From an uncultured Gammaproteobacteria bacterium (GTDB lineage: Bacteria > Patescibacteriota > Patescibacteriia > Magasanikbacterales > UBA922): a DNA stretch of 64,000 nucleotides. The notes beneath the pieces were generated by a model that was given only the letters and a program-made list of their open reading frames with translations, ran no database searches and was not told the DNA's origin. The stretch covers positions 128,964 through 192,963 of the forward strand of contig CAZQXB010000001.1 of the NCBI GenBank assembly GCA_964597575.1, read 5' to 3'. Both the position numbers and the translations under genes were made by a program. The stretch's first letter is position 1. Each line of letters starts with the position of its first letter. Positions 1-9,009 of the stretch are shown one piece after another.

Positions 1-69
1 ATTGTGTGTAGGCCGCGGAAGTGGCCAAGTACGATGTCGGGCGTTTTTTCTTACCGAGCATATAAGAAG

Positions 70-636
70 TTATTTAACATACACACGGGCTGCAAATCCG
101 AGAGTGAGGTCAGTTGGACTGCCACCTTTTCGTTTTGCCCAGGTCGTGCTGTCGATAAAAAGAAACTGAGGAAGGCGCTCCAAGGCTCCTAAAAATGCCA
201 TGTGTTCTTCAAGTGTGCCGTGGTTTAAAAAGGTGAACGTGCATGACGGGAGTCCGACAGGGTCAGGTTTTTGCCCTTTGCCACGTACGGGTTTTTGGTC
301 GGTACAAGAAACATCGATATTTTGCTCCACGCCTTTTTCGGTGGCAATTTTTTCAAAAAGAGTAACCAGATCAAGGGCGTCAGTTACTTTTGTGGTGGCA
401 GTTCCGTACATTTCGAGGCGCTCAGAAATTTCTGGGGCCTCACGAATAGAGCGTCGTACAAGAGTTGCTTCTCGGTACTGTTTTTCAAACAGAGTTTGGG
501 TATCCGTAATTTGTTTCTGTAAGCTGAGGATTCTTTTGACCGATGGGATAACGACACCAATGGTAATAAGAAGAATGCCTAAAAAGGAAATAGCGAGGAA
601 GATTGCTGAGTGAATTTTAAAAGGTACCCCGCGCAT
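70..636 (-). CDS. pilO: type IV pilus assembly protein PilO-like
   Basis: 188 aa with an N-terminal TM helix followed by a coiled-coil. It is the last gene of a pilB-pilC-pilM-pilN-pilO operon and sits 3 nt after pilN. Confidence 0.55.
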   Translation of the reverse strand: MRGVPFKIHSAIFLAISFLGILLITIGVVIPSVKRILSLQKQITDTQTLFEKQYREATLVRRSIREAPEISERLEMYGTATTKVTDALDLVTLFEKIATEKGVEQNIDVSCTDQKPVRGKGQKPDPVGLPSCTFTFLNHGTLEEHMAFLGALERLPQFLFIDSTTWAKRKGGSPTDLTLGFAARVYVK

Positions 637-638
637 AG

Positions 639-1169
639 TTATTTGAGGGTAAAGGTAAGCGAGTAGGTCAGGTTGGCTTTTTGTTGAACAAGTTGGTCAA
701 TCGGAATGGTCGCTTCGGCGACAGAAGGGAGTGAGCGGAGGGCGGTTTGAAGTGCAAGAAGATCATCTCGTGTTTTTGCTGCGCCTGAAATGGTGCAGGT
801 TTTTGTATTCCGAGCGAGGGAAAGATTCTGAACCGTGATTCCAGGAGGAATGGCTTCAAAAAATTCTGCCAGAAACGGGGTCCAGGGGGTGTATGCACTT
901 TGAATTCCTTTTAGCTCCTTAACCGTGGCGTTGATGTTCTCAATAAGCGCAATTTTGTCTCGGTTGCGACGGGTGGTGTTTTCCACGCGACTGAGGAGTG
1001 TTTGTACGTGGGTCTCTAGGACCCAGTATCCACCAAGACAGGCGATAGCGATAAATGAAAGAACAATGAGACAGATTTCAAAAACACTTTTGGCGAATTG
1101 TAAATTCGCCAGCTGCTTGAGGTGGCCTCTCTTTTCATTGGAAAGAAGGTTGAGACGGGTAGGAAGCAT
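639..1169 (-). CDS. pilN: type IV pilus assembly protein PilN-like
   Basis: 176 aa with a single N-terminal TM helix. It lies between pilM and pilO, and the size and topology are typical of PilN. Confidence 0.6.
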   Translation of the reverse strand: MLPTRLNLLSNEKRGHLKQLANLQFAKSVFEICLIVLSFIAIACLGGYWVLETHVQTLLSRVENTTRRNRDKIALIENINATVKELKGIQSAYTPWTPFLAEFFEAIPPGITVQNLSLARNTKTCTISGAAKTRDDLLALQTALRSLPSVAEATIPIDQLVQQKANLTYSLTFTLK

Positions 1170-1180
1170 AGGAATGGAAA

Positions 1181-2272
1181 CTAGACGCTGTCACTCATGA
1201 AAAACGGATTGTCTGCTGCCCGAATGGCAAGGCCGATGCCCGTTGCATAGGATGACTTGATCGGTCGAGTCGGTTCTTTTTTAAGTCTGAGGTTTTTATG
1301 AACGATACCGGGTTTTGCCACAATTTTTAGTTTCAAAGAAAGAATCGCATCAAGTTTTTTTAAAAGTGAAGCACCTCCACACATTGTAATGTGCGTAATT
1401 TTGTTTGGTTTCGGAAAATGGGAATAGTAAAATTGAATCGCCTTTTCAATTTCAATGGTAAGCCGGTCTGTAAGTTCGGCCATGACTCCCCATGCTTCCC
1501 CTTTTTGGTATTCTAAACCATCGTCAATTTTTTTTCGTTCTGCCTCGTCGTGCGAAAGATGGAGGCGTTGAGCAATGGCGGTCGTCACAATTTCTCCAGA
1601 ATACGGAAGGGAAATACTAAATTGAATATGGCCATGATCGTAAATAATAAGGCTCGATCGGGTTGCGCCAAGATCAAGTACGGCACGAGCTTCGTTTTCG
1701 TAGGTTTTACTTGCGGTAATCATAGCGCGAGCCGTTGCCAGAGCCTCAATTTCAAGGGCAATGACACCAAGCCCCAAGCTCTCAAACAGGTAGGTGTACA
1801 TGTCAGCAATTCTTTTTGGGGCGGCTCCAATGAGAATATCGGTGGTGCCTTCACCTAAGGAATGTTCTGGCATGATTTGCCAATCAATATAGTAGTCTTC
1901 GGTATCAAAAGGTAAATGACGTTTCGCCGCATAGAGAATATCCTCTTCAATGATGTCATCCTCTTTCTTTTCAATGTGAATGAGTTTGATAAATCCCTGA
2001 GTATCAGGAATAGATGCGGCGACCCACCGGCTTTTAACCGGTTTGTGTTGTTTGCTCCCGGCTAAAAGGTGCTGGATATATTTGCGCACTTGTTCTGGTT
2101 GCTCCAATTCTCCATTCACAATAAGCCCCGCAGGAAGTGACGTATCTCGCATGTTCAAAATTTCGTACGAGGCCGTCCGTGCATTTCTCGTGATATTCCG
2201 AAGTTGCACTAATTTGAGAGACAAGTCTCCGATATCAAGGGCAAAAGCATGGGGAAATGGCGACGAGAACAT
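1181..2272 (-). CDS. pilM: type IV pilus assembly ATPase-fold protein PilM
   Basis: Actin/FtsA-like PilM sequence (ALDIGDLSLKLVQL … DLGATRSSLIIYD). The start was trimmed to the internal Met (MFSSPF…), 7 nt after the pilC stop, because the longer ORF would overlap pilC by 65 nt. Confidence 0.85.
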   Translation of the reverse strand: MFSSPFPHAFALDIGDLSLKLVQLRNITRNARTASYEILNMRDTSLPAGLIVNGELEQPEQVRKYIQHLLAGSKQHKPVKSRWVAASIPDTQGFIKLIHIEKKEDDIIEEDILYAAKRHLPFDTEDYYIDWQIMPEHSLGEGTTDILIGAAPKRIADMYTYLFESLGLGVIALEIEALATARAMITASKTYENEARAVLDLGATRSSLIIYDHGHIQFSISLPYSGEIVTTAIAQRLHLSHDEAERKKIDDGLEYQKGEAWGVMAELTDRLTIEIEKAIQFYYSHFPKPNKITHITMCGGASLLKKLDAILSLKLKIVAKPGIVHKNLRLKKEPTRPIKSSYATGIGLAIRAADNPFFMSDSV

Positions 2273-2279
2273 AAGCGTT

Positions 2280-3395
2280 CTAAAAACTTTGCGTGAGCGA
2301 GTAAATGGGCATAATGACGGCGACTGCAACCCCGGCCACAGCAACCCCGAGCGTCAAAATAATCACCGGTTCGATAATGACCGTAAAGTTTTTCATGGTT
2401 TTGTCGACTTCTTCACTATAAAACTCCGAAAGTTCGGCAAGGAGGCGATCCACTTCACCGGTGCGTTCACCCACCATCACCATTTCTGTAACCATCGGTG
2501 GAAAGAGTTTAGGGTAGGCAGAGAGAATTTCGGAAAAAGGAGTACCTGATTTTATTTTGACCGAAGTTTCTTTGAGTGCGTCTTGGAAAGTCATGTTTGA
2601 ACAGGTCTGCGATGTAATCTCTACGGCATCAATAATGGGAATGGTACTCTTTAAAAGCGATGAGAGTGTAAGGGAGAAACGAGCTAAGTTAATTTGTTTA
2701 ATCACTGGGCCAAAAATTGGGAGACGCAGTGTTGTTCTGTGCACTGCGCGGTGAAACTTAGGAAATTTTTTCAAAGCAAAAATATACGCCACGACGAGCA
2801 CGATGCCTCCGCCAATCGTGATAATAAGGTTGAGCGGGTTACTCAGAAAGTGCACCACAGCAATTAAAATTTGTGTAGCCAGAGGGAGTTCGGCTTCAAA
2901 CTCATCAAAAATCTCAATAAGCTTTGGTAAAACCACGGTCGCCATCACAATCCCAATGACGCCCATGGCACTTAAAATAACCCCAGGGTAAATAAGAGCG
3001 CCACGAATGCTTGAGCTGAGGGCGTATGATTTTTTGAGTTGGGTAACAATTTGTGAGAGTGCTTCGTCCAGTCGTCCGGAAATTTCTCCGGAGTGAATCA
3101 TGCTGACCGCCATGGCCGGGAATACCTTCGGATATTCCGCTAAGACCTCGCTGAGCTCACGGCCTTTTTCTACCTCGGTTTTTACTTGCCCCACAATACG
3201 TCGAAGTTTCGGATTCTCCATTTCTTTTTCTAGAATGCTGAGTGCCTCAACTAACGAAAGACTCGCATGAATCATGGTGCGCAAGTGGTCGAGAAAAAAT
3301 ATTTTATGCACGAGCGTAATTCGTGAAAATTTTTCCACGAATTGATTCAATTTCTGAATAAATTTTGGTTCGGCTTTTTTTGTTACCATACACAT
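2280..3395 (-). CDS. pilC: type IV pilus inner-membrane platform protein PilC (GspF family)
   Basis: 371 aa polytopic protein with two GspF-type repeats (…ILSAYPKLFPPMVTEMVMVGERTGEVDRLL…). Its start overlaps the pilB stop. Confidence 0.85.
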   Translation of the reverse strand: MCMVTKKAEPKFIQKLNQFVEKFSRITLVHKIFFLDHLRTMIHASLSLVEALSILEKEMENPKLRRIVGQVKTEVEKGRELSEVLAEYPKVFPAMAVSMIHSGEISGRLDEALSQIVTQLKKSYALSSSIRGALIYPGVILSAMGVIGIVMATVVLPKLIEIFDEFEAELPLATQILIAVVHFLSNPLNLIITIGGGIVLVVAYIFALKKFPKFHRAVHRTTLRLPIFGPVIKQINLARFSLTLSSLLKSTIPIIDAVEITSQTCSNMTFQDALKETSVKIKSGTPFSEILSAYPKLFPPMVTEMVMVGERTGEVDRLLAELSEFYSEEVDKTMKNFTVIIEPVIILTLGVAVAGVAVAVIMPIYSLTQSF

Positions 3396-5125
3396 TAATC
3401 ACGGGTTACACGAAGCACTTCTTCAATTGTGGTAATGCCTTGTTTGGCTTTAATAAGACCATCTTGAAGCATGGTAATCATGCCACTCTCTACGGCAAAC
3501 TTTTTAATTTCTTGGGCATTTGCCCGGTTGTTAATGAGCGTAATCAGATCTTTATCAATTTCAAGCACCTCATAGATTCCCATGCGCCCCTTATAGCCAG
3601 AGTCACCACAGCGACTACAACCTTCTCCGTGAAAAAACGTCATGGATTTTACGTCTTCTTCTTTTTTATCGAGGTTGATACCTTGATCCGTAAAAAGTTT
3701 GATGATTTTCTTTACATCAAACGTTCGTTCCAATTCCTCAATCGCCGGAGCTTCAAGCGTAAATGGCTTTTTACAAAATTCGCAGATTTTACGCACTAAC
3801 CGTTGAGCCACAATAATGTTTGCGGTAAAGGCGACCAAAAAAGGAGGAATATCCATGTCGAGCAAACGAGGAAGGGTGGTAGGTGCATCGTTCGTGTGGA
3901 GGGTAGAGAGCACCGAGTGTCCGGTCATAGCGGCGTGAATGGCAATTTCGGCAGTTTCTTTGTCGCGAATTTCTCCGACCATGATAATATCCGGGTCCTG
4001 ACGGAGAAAAGCACGCAGCCCTCCGGCAAAGGTAAATCCAGCTCGCGGGTTGATCTGGCTCTGGTTAATACCTTTGACATGGTATTCAATCGGATCTTCA
4101 ATCGTACAGATATTCACGTCTGGCTGATTCAAAATTCCAAGAAGGGAATAGAGTGTTGTGGTTTTTCCACTTCCGGTTGGCCCAGTAACCAGAATCATGC
4201 CGTGGGGTTTTTCAATGGCGATTTCAACGAGCTTTCGTGGGCCGGGTAAAAAGCCTAATTGGTCGAGGGTAAGCGGTTTTTGCCCTTCATGGAGGAGACG
4301 CATGACGATCTTTTCGCCGTCGTATACGGGAATAATAGACACGCGGAAGGAAAGGCGTTCGTCTTGGACTTTAATCTTGAATCGTCCGTCTTGCGGAACC
4401 ATGTGCTCATCGATTTTGAGATTCGAAAGAATTTTAATACGAGCCATGATCCCATTTTGAACCGTCTTGGGGAGAGCCATGACACTTCGGAGTACTCCGT
4501 CTACACGGTAACGCACCACCACTTCTTTTTCTGTCGGTTCGATGTGAATATCACTCGCTCCTTCAAACACGGCATGTTCAAGAATGCTGTTTACAATGTT
4601 AATGATTGGGAGTTCCTGCGCCGCTTTTTTGAGATCGCTGTCCTCGGTTTGGCCTGTCGCATCGCTCAACTGTTCAATATTAAACGTGCTTTCAAGATCA
4701 GCGTGGTATCGGCGAAGCGCATCTTTGATGTCGGTTGGTGTGGTCAGGAACACTTTTGGGGAGAGACCTGTTTTTCGCTGGATAAACTCGATGGTTTGAA
4801 TATCCTCCGGATCAAGCATGGCGAGCGAAATGTCGGTTTTTGTTGTTTCAAACGCCACGATATTATGCGTTTGAGCGAGCGGGGCGGTAATGGTATTTAA
4901 AACATCCTTTCCAATATCCTTTCCCTTAAGAGGGGTAAACGGAACATTCATGGCCGCAGCCGCCGCGCGATAGAGCTCGGTTTCGTCGATAATGCGCTCA
5001 TCGACCAGGTACTGCTCGAGATCCTTGCGAGCGCTCTCGGCCTTTTTTTTGTAAGCAACAACGTCTTTTGAAGACATCTTTAAAGGGCCTACGAGAAGGT
5101 TTTCGATGAGGGTGACAGGCAGCAT
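3395..5125 (-). CDS. pilB: type IV pilus assembly ATPase PilB (GspE family)
   Basis: 576 aa with Walker A GPTGSGKTTTLYS, a GspE N-terminal domain and the tetracysteine motif CSRCGDSGYKGR. Confidence 0.9.
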   Translation of the reverse strand: MLPVTLIENLLVGPLKMSSKDVVAYKKKAESARKDLEQYLVDERIIDETELYRAAAAAMNVPFTPLKGKDIGKDVLNTITAPLAQTHNIVAFETTKTDISLAMLDPEDIQTIEFIQRKTGLSPKVFLTTPTDIKDALRRYHADLESTFNIEQLSDATGQTEDSDLKKAAQELPIINIVNSILEHAVFEGASDIHIEPTEKEVVVRYRVDGVLRSVMALPKTVQNGIMARIKILSNLKIDEHMVPQDGRFKIKVQDERLSFRVSIIPVYDGEKIVMRLLHEGQKPLTLDQLGFLPGPRKLVEIAIEKPHGMILVTGPTGSGKTTTLYSLLGILNQPDVNICTIEDPIEYHVKGINQSQINPRAGFTFAGGLRAFLRQDPDIIMVGEIRDKETAEIAIHAAMTGHSVLSTLHTNDAPTTLPRLLDMDIPPFLVAFTANIIVAQRLVRKICEFCKKPFTLEAPAIEELERTFDVKKIIKLFTDQGINLDKKEEDVKSMTFFHGEGCSRCGDSGYKGRMGIYEVLEIDKDLITLINNRANAQEIKKFAVESGMITMLQDGLIKAKQGITTIEEVLRVTRD

Positions 5126-5179
5126 ACGAGATTCAAGTAGACATAGTATAACACATGTTCAGAAAATTGACCTTCTAGC

Positions 5180-5208
5180 TTGACAAGACAGAAGAGTTTT
5201 GCTACAGT
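5180..5208 (+). promoter_or_regulatory. sigma70-like promoter (TTGACA-17-TACAGT) upstream of rpsF
   Basis: A consensus -35 TTGACA, an exact 17-nt spacer and a -10 TACAGT lie about 80 nt upstream of the rpsF ATG. Confidence 0.5.
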
Positions 5209-5289
5209 ACGCCTAAATTACGACTCGAAAGCGCACAGGTCACGTCTTTTGGTTGGTCGACCACGAGAATCGATGACCGTAACATCCTT

Positions 5290-5814
5290 ATGAAACACTA
5301 CGAAATTTTATCGATTTTGGCCGGAACAATTTCAGAAGAAGAAGTTCCAGCTCGTCTTAAGGTGATTGAAGAAATCATGGAAAAAGGTGGTGGCAGTCAT
5401 GCTACCTTAGAACACATGGGGAAAAACCGTTTGGCCTACCCTATGAAGCATATTCGCTACGGATACTTCCTTCTCGGTCGTTTCCAGGCAAAACCAGAGG
5501 CCGCTGACGCGATTCGCGCCAAGATCGCTCTTCTCGAAGGCGTTCTTCGTGTGGTCGTTCGCACCTATAACCCAAAGACTCCTCCGCATGCAACTATTGC
5601 CTTTGCTGGCATGAGCATTGCTGCTTCACGAGAACGTGAAGATGGAGAAGAAAACAGCACCGTATTTCCTTCTGCTCCAGCTCCTCGAGCTGTGGCGGCA
5701 AAGAAAGAAGCCGAAGCGCCGAAAAAAGGCGAAACCAAGGCTGATGAGGTAGATATGGCTCAGATTACAAAAAAACTTGATCAGATTCTTGAAGAAGACA
5801 TCACTGCTGTCTAA
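5290..5814 (+). CDS. rpsF: 30S ribosomal protein S6 (with acidic C-terminal extension)
   Basis: The N-terminus MKHYEILSIL… is S6-like. The gene sits in the conserved rpsF-ssb-rpsR arrangement. Confidence 0.85.
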   Translation: MKHYEILSILAGTISEEEVPARLKVIEEIMEKGGGSHATLEHMGKNRLAYPMKHIRYGYFLLGRFQAKPEAADAIRAKIALLEGVLRVVVRTYNPKTPPHATIAFAGMSIAASREREDGEENSTVFPSAPAPRAVAAKKEAEAPKKGETKADEVDMAQITKKLDQILEEDITAV

Positions 5815-5833
5815 TTCACTTTACTATTCTGGT

Positions 5834-6271
5834 ATGGATTTGAACCGCGCCACCATCATTGGGCGACTCACCCGAGATCCGGAAATGCGTACAACGCCAA
5901 ACGGACGCTCAGTGACCACGCTCTCAGTTGCCACGAACCGTTCCTGGACTGACCAGGCCGGAGCAAAGCAAGAAAAAGTGGAGTATCATAACTGTGTGCT
6001 TTGGGGGAAGCTCGCGGAAATCGCGGGGCAGTATTTGGCCAAGGGTCGTCGAGTGTATATTGAGGGTCGTATTGAAACACGCGATTGGACTGACCAGGCC
6101 GGAGTCAAAAAATACCGTACAGAAATTATTGCCGAAAACATGATCATGCTCGACGGTGCGAAGGGCGCGCCGATGAGTGGCCAACCTATGGGTGCTGCCT
6201 CCGGAAGCACATCCACTCCTCCAAAAGAAGAAGAGGTTCCCGAAATTCGGGTTGAAGATATTCCGTTTTAA
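5834..6271 (+). CDS. ssb: single-stranded DNA-binding protein
   Basis: OB-fold SSB sequence (LNRATIIGRLTRDPEMRTTPNGRSV…) with the C-terminal acidic tail ending DIPF. The start is set at MDLNRA. Confidence 0.9.
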   Translation: MDLNRATIIGRLTRDPEMRTTPNGRSVTTLSVATNRSWTDQAGAKQEKVEYHNCVLWGKLAEIAGQYLAKGRRVYIEGRIETRDWTDQAGVKKYRTEIIAENMIMLDGAKGAPMSGQPMGAASGSTSTPPKEEEVPEIRVEDIPF

Positions 6272-6290
6272 TCGTTTGTAATACATTGGT

Positions 6291-6515
6291 ATGCCAGGTG
6301 AAGTTGTTCGTAAAAAACGCCCGTGCCATTACTGTGTAAACAAGGCCGAAGTCGTTGACTATAAAGATGTCATGACCCTTCGACGTTTTGTTTCCTCATT
6401 TTACAAAATTGCCCCACGCCGCCGCAGCGGTTTGTGCGCAAGTCATCAGCGTAAGGTTGCTCGCAGCGTTAAGCAGGCGCGCATTCTTGGGCTCATGGCA
6501 TTTGTACCAAAGTAA
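6291..6515 (+). CDS. rpsR: 30S ribosomal protein S18
   Basis: 74 aa with the S18 motif (…YKDVMTLRRFVSSFYKIAPRRRSGLCASHQRKVARSVKQARILGLM…). Confidence 0.9.
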   Translation: MPGEVVRKKRPCHYCVNKAEVVDYKDVMTLRRFVSSFYKIAPRRRSGLCASHQRKVARSVKQARILGLMAFVPK

Positions 6516-6534
6516 ACGCACGAAACACGTTCAA

Positions 6535-6565
6535 AACACACCCTCAATTGAGGGTGTGTTTTGTT
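6535..6565 (+). terminator. intrinsic terminator after rpsR
   Basis: Stem ACACACCCTC / GAGGGTGTGT with loop AATT, followed by TTTTGTTT. Confidence 0.7.
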
Positions 6566-6600
6566 TCTGTGGTATACTTGAGACATATTTGCCTGTCATT

Positions 6601-8379
6601 ATGCCTCGAAAAGGCTTTTCTTTAATTGAAATTATTGTTGCTATTGGGGTATTTGCGCTTCTTACGGTTGGGCTCTATAGCTTGCTCCAATTTGTTTTTA
6701 AATCAGTCTACCAGTCGAGACTGCGCATTTTAGAAACGAGCATTTTGAATGAACAGATCGAGTTGATACGGAATCTCACCTTTTCCGATGTCGGTATTTT
6801 AAATGGAAGTCCGCCTGGTGTTCTTACGCGAACCATAACAACAACACGTGATGGAATCCCTTTTATCATTACAAGAACTATTCGCAATGTTGATGATCCG
6901 GCCGATGGGACGATTGGCGGGGATCCAAACGATACGGCCGCTGCCGATTATAAATTCGTTGATGTTTCAATCATTTGTACCCGTTGCACACAAAATACTC
7001 CTCTTACACTCTCAACGATCGTGGGCCCTCGGTATCTAGAGGGTGACCCAACGCATGGAGCTCTTTTTATTGATGTATTCGACCCACTTGCAAACCCAAT
7101 TGTGGGGGCAGATGTGCATGTGGTGGCAACTTCAACTAGTCCCACATTTGATTTTACTGAAACGACAGATAATAACGGGCGAGTAAGCCTCGTCGATTTG
7201 CCAAGTGGAGTAACGGCGTATCATATTACTGTAACAAAAGCCGGCCATACCACCGATGGTACAGTGGCCGAGAGTGCACTTGTACCAAACCCAACGAAAC
7301 CCCCAGCAACGGTCGTGGCGCAGGATCTGACCGAGATTAGTTTTACGATTGAACCGATTGGGGTGGTTGATCTCTCTACACTTTCGTATACCTGCCAGCC
7401 TATCGGAGGAGTGGATGTTGATATGGACGGCACAAAACTCATTGCGACAAATCCAGATATTCTGCTCATTTCGACAAGCACCGTTACTTCGGCGGGTGGA
7501 CTTGGTCAGTTTTCCCCCCTTATTAGTGATGCGTATGGTTTTGGAGTTTCAGGCTACGATGTCATTGGAACAATTCCTCAGACACCGGTAACAATTTTAA
7601 CCGGAACAACGCAGCCAGTGAGTCTTATTTTGGGGGCAAACACAACACACTCTCTTCTTGTAAATGTCCGAGATGGGGTAACCCGGCAACCGCTTCCTGG
7701 TGCTACGGTTACCGTTACGACAAGCCTTGGTTATAATGTAAGCCAGCAAACAGGTGTTGGTTTTCTTCGTCAAACCGATTGGTCGGATGGTTCGGGCCAG
7801 GAATTGTTTGTAACAGGTACAATGTACTGGCAAGATGATAGTAATGTGGACGCAGTCGTTGATCCAGGAAATGTGCTTTTGCGGGCAGTGGGTTTAGGGT
7901 ATACCGGAGCCGGAACTCTGGAATCTTCCATTTTCGATTTCGGGAGTTCATCCAATTACGGAAATATTATTTGGGAACCGGTTCTTCAATTACCAGCGAC
8001 CGGTACGAGTTCGCTCAAGTTTCATATCGCAACGTCAAATTCTTCAACCCCGGCATCGTGGAATTATTATGGTCCAGACGGTACCCCTTCTACCTACTAT
8101 GATGTGAGTGATACGGTTATTTCCAGTCTTCATGATGGTGAACAGTTTTTGCGGTATAGGATATATTTAGAAACTGCCTCATCGACAGTAACCCCAGTGC
8201 TTTCCGACCTCGTGTTTACCTATACCAATAGCTGTAGCCCTCCAGGTCAGGCATTTTTTTCTTCGCTTAGTGCCATAAGCCACGGGATTCAGGTCACAAG
8301 AGACGGGTACCAAACACAGGAGGTATCTGTTACCCCGAGTGGGGATAGTGCGGTTACGATCGACCTTCTTGCTTTATGA
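6601..8379 (+). CDS. large prepilin-type (class III signal peptide) minor pilin / pilus-associated adhesin-like protein
   Basis: The N-terminus MPRKG|FSLIEIIVAIGVFALL is a prepilin cleavage/methylation motif. Beta-rich Thr/Val-rich domains of about 550 aa follow. The start was set at this Met because the upstream part of the ORF overlaps rpsR in another frame. Confidence 0.65.
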   Translation: MPRKGFSLIEIIVAIGVFALLTVGLYSLLQFVFKSVYQSRLRILETSILNEQIELIRNLTFSDVGILNGSPPGVLTRTITTTRDGIPFIITRTIRNVDDPADGTIGGDPNDTAAADYKFVDVSIICTRCTQNTPLTLSTIVGPRYLEGDPTHGALFIDVFDPLANPIVGADVHVVATSTSPTFDFTETTDNNGRVSLVDLPSGVTAYHITVTKAGHTTDGTVAESALVPNPTKPPATVVAQDLTEISFTIEPIGVVDLSTLSYTCQPIGGVDVDMDGTKLIATNPDILLISTSTVTSAGGLGQFSPLISDAYGFGVSGYDVIGTIPQTPVTILTGTTQPVSLILGANTTHSLLVNVRDGVTRQPLPGATVTVTTSLGYNVSQQTGVGFLRQTDWSDGSGQELFVTGTMYWQDDSNVDAVVDPGNVLLRAVGLGYTGAGTLESSIFDFGSSSNYGNIIWEPVLQLPATGTSSLKFHIATSNSSTPASWNYYGPDGTPSTYYDVSDTVISSLHDGEQFLRYRIYLETASSTVTPVLSDLVFTYTNSCSPPGQAFFSSLSAISHGIQVTRDGYQTQEVSVTPSGDSAVTIDLLAL

Positions 8380-8990
8380 TAAGAGATACGTCTTCGCGAG
8401 GATTTACCATACTTGAGGCCCTTTTTGCCATAAGCATTTTTGCGCTTTTGGCGATGTCGATGGTTTGGGTTCTTATTACCGGCCTTCGTACTCAGCGCAT
8501 TGTGTGGGATCAGCTGAGTGGTCAAAATGATGTTCGGAGAGTGCTTCAACAGGTGGTCGATGATGCACGTCGAGCAGAGCCGTCAAGTGTGGGTGCCTAC
8601 CCCATTGTCGTGGCGTCGTCGACTGAATTTACTTTTTACGCCAACATTAATAACGACAATTTGCGTGAACGAGTCCGCTTTTGGGTTCAAAACGAAGAAC
8701 TTCGAAAAGGCGTTATTACCCCGACCGGTTCTCCGCTTACCTATGAAAGTGCGAATGAAGAGGTAACCGTGCTCGCGCATGATGTGAAGAACATTACCCT
8801 GAACATTCCTCTCTTTTCGTACTATGATGATACATTTACTGGTACTGAAGAGGCGCTTTCGCAGCCGGTAACCACGACCGCGGTACGCCTGCTTAAGGTT
8901 GATCTTGTGGTGGACGTGAATCCTATTTCTTCTCCGGTACCAGTGCGGGCAGAGACATTCGTTCAAGTGCGAAATGTAAAGTTAAACTAG
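8376..8990 (+). CDS. prepilin-type minor pilin (pseudopilin)
   Basis: The N-terminus …SSRG|FTILEALFAISIFALL is a class III signal peptide carrying E5. The gene overlaps the preceding one by 4 nt. Confidence 0.7.
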   Translation: MIRDTSSRGFTILEALFAISIFALLAMSMVWVLITGLRTQRIVWDQLSGQNDVRRVLQQVVDDARRAEPSSVGAYPIVVASSTEFTFYANINNDNLRERVRFWVQNEELRKGVITPTGSPLTYESANEEVTVLAHDVKNITLNIPLFSYYDDTFTGTEEALSQPVTTTAVRLLKVDLVVDVNPISSPVPVRAETFVQVRNVKLN

Positions 8991-9009
8991 ATTTTCTTGT
9001 TCGTAGGAT

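Noticed and set aside
6388-6600. The 5' part of the long ORF 6388..8379 overlaps rpsR in another frame
   Set aside because: rpsR (6291-6515) is unmistakable and is followed by a terminator at 6535-6565. The real start of the downstream gene is the prepilin-type Met at 6601 (MPRKGFSLIE).
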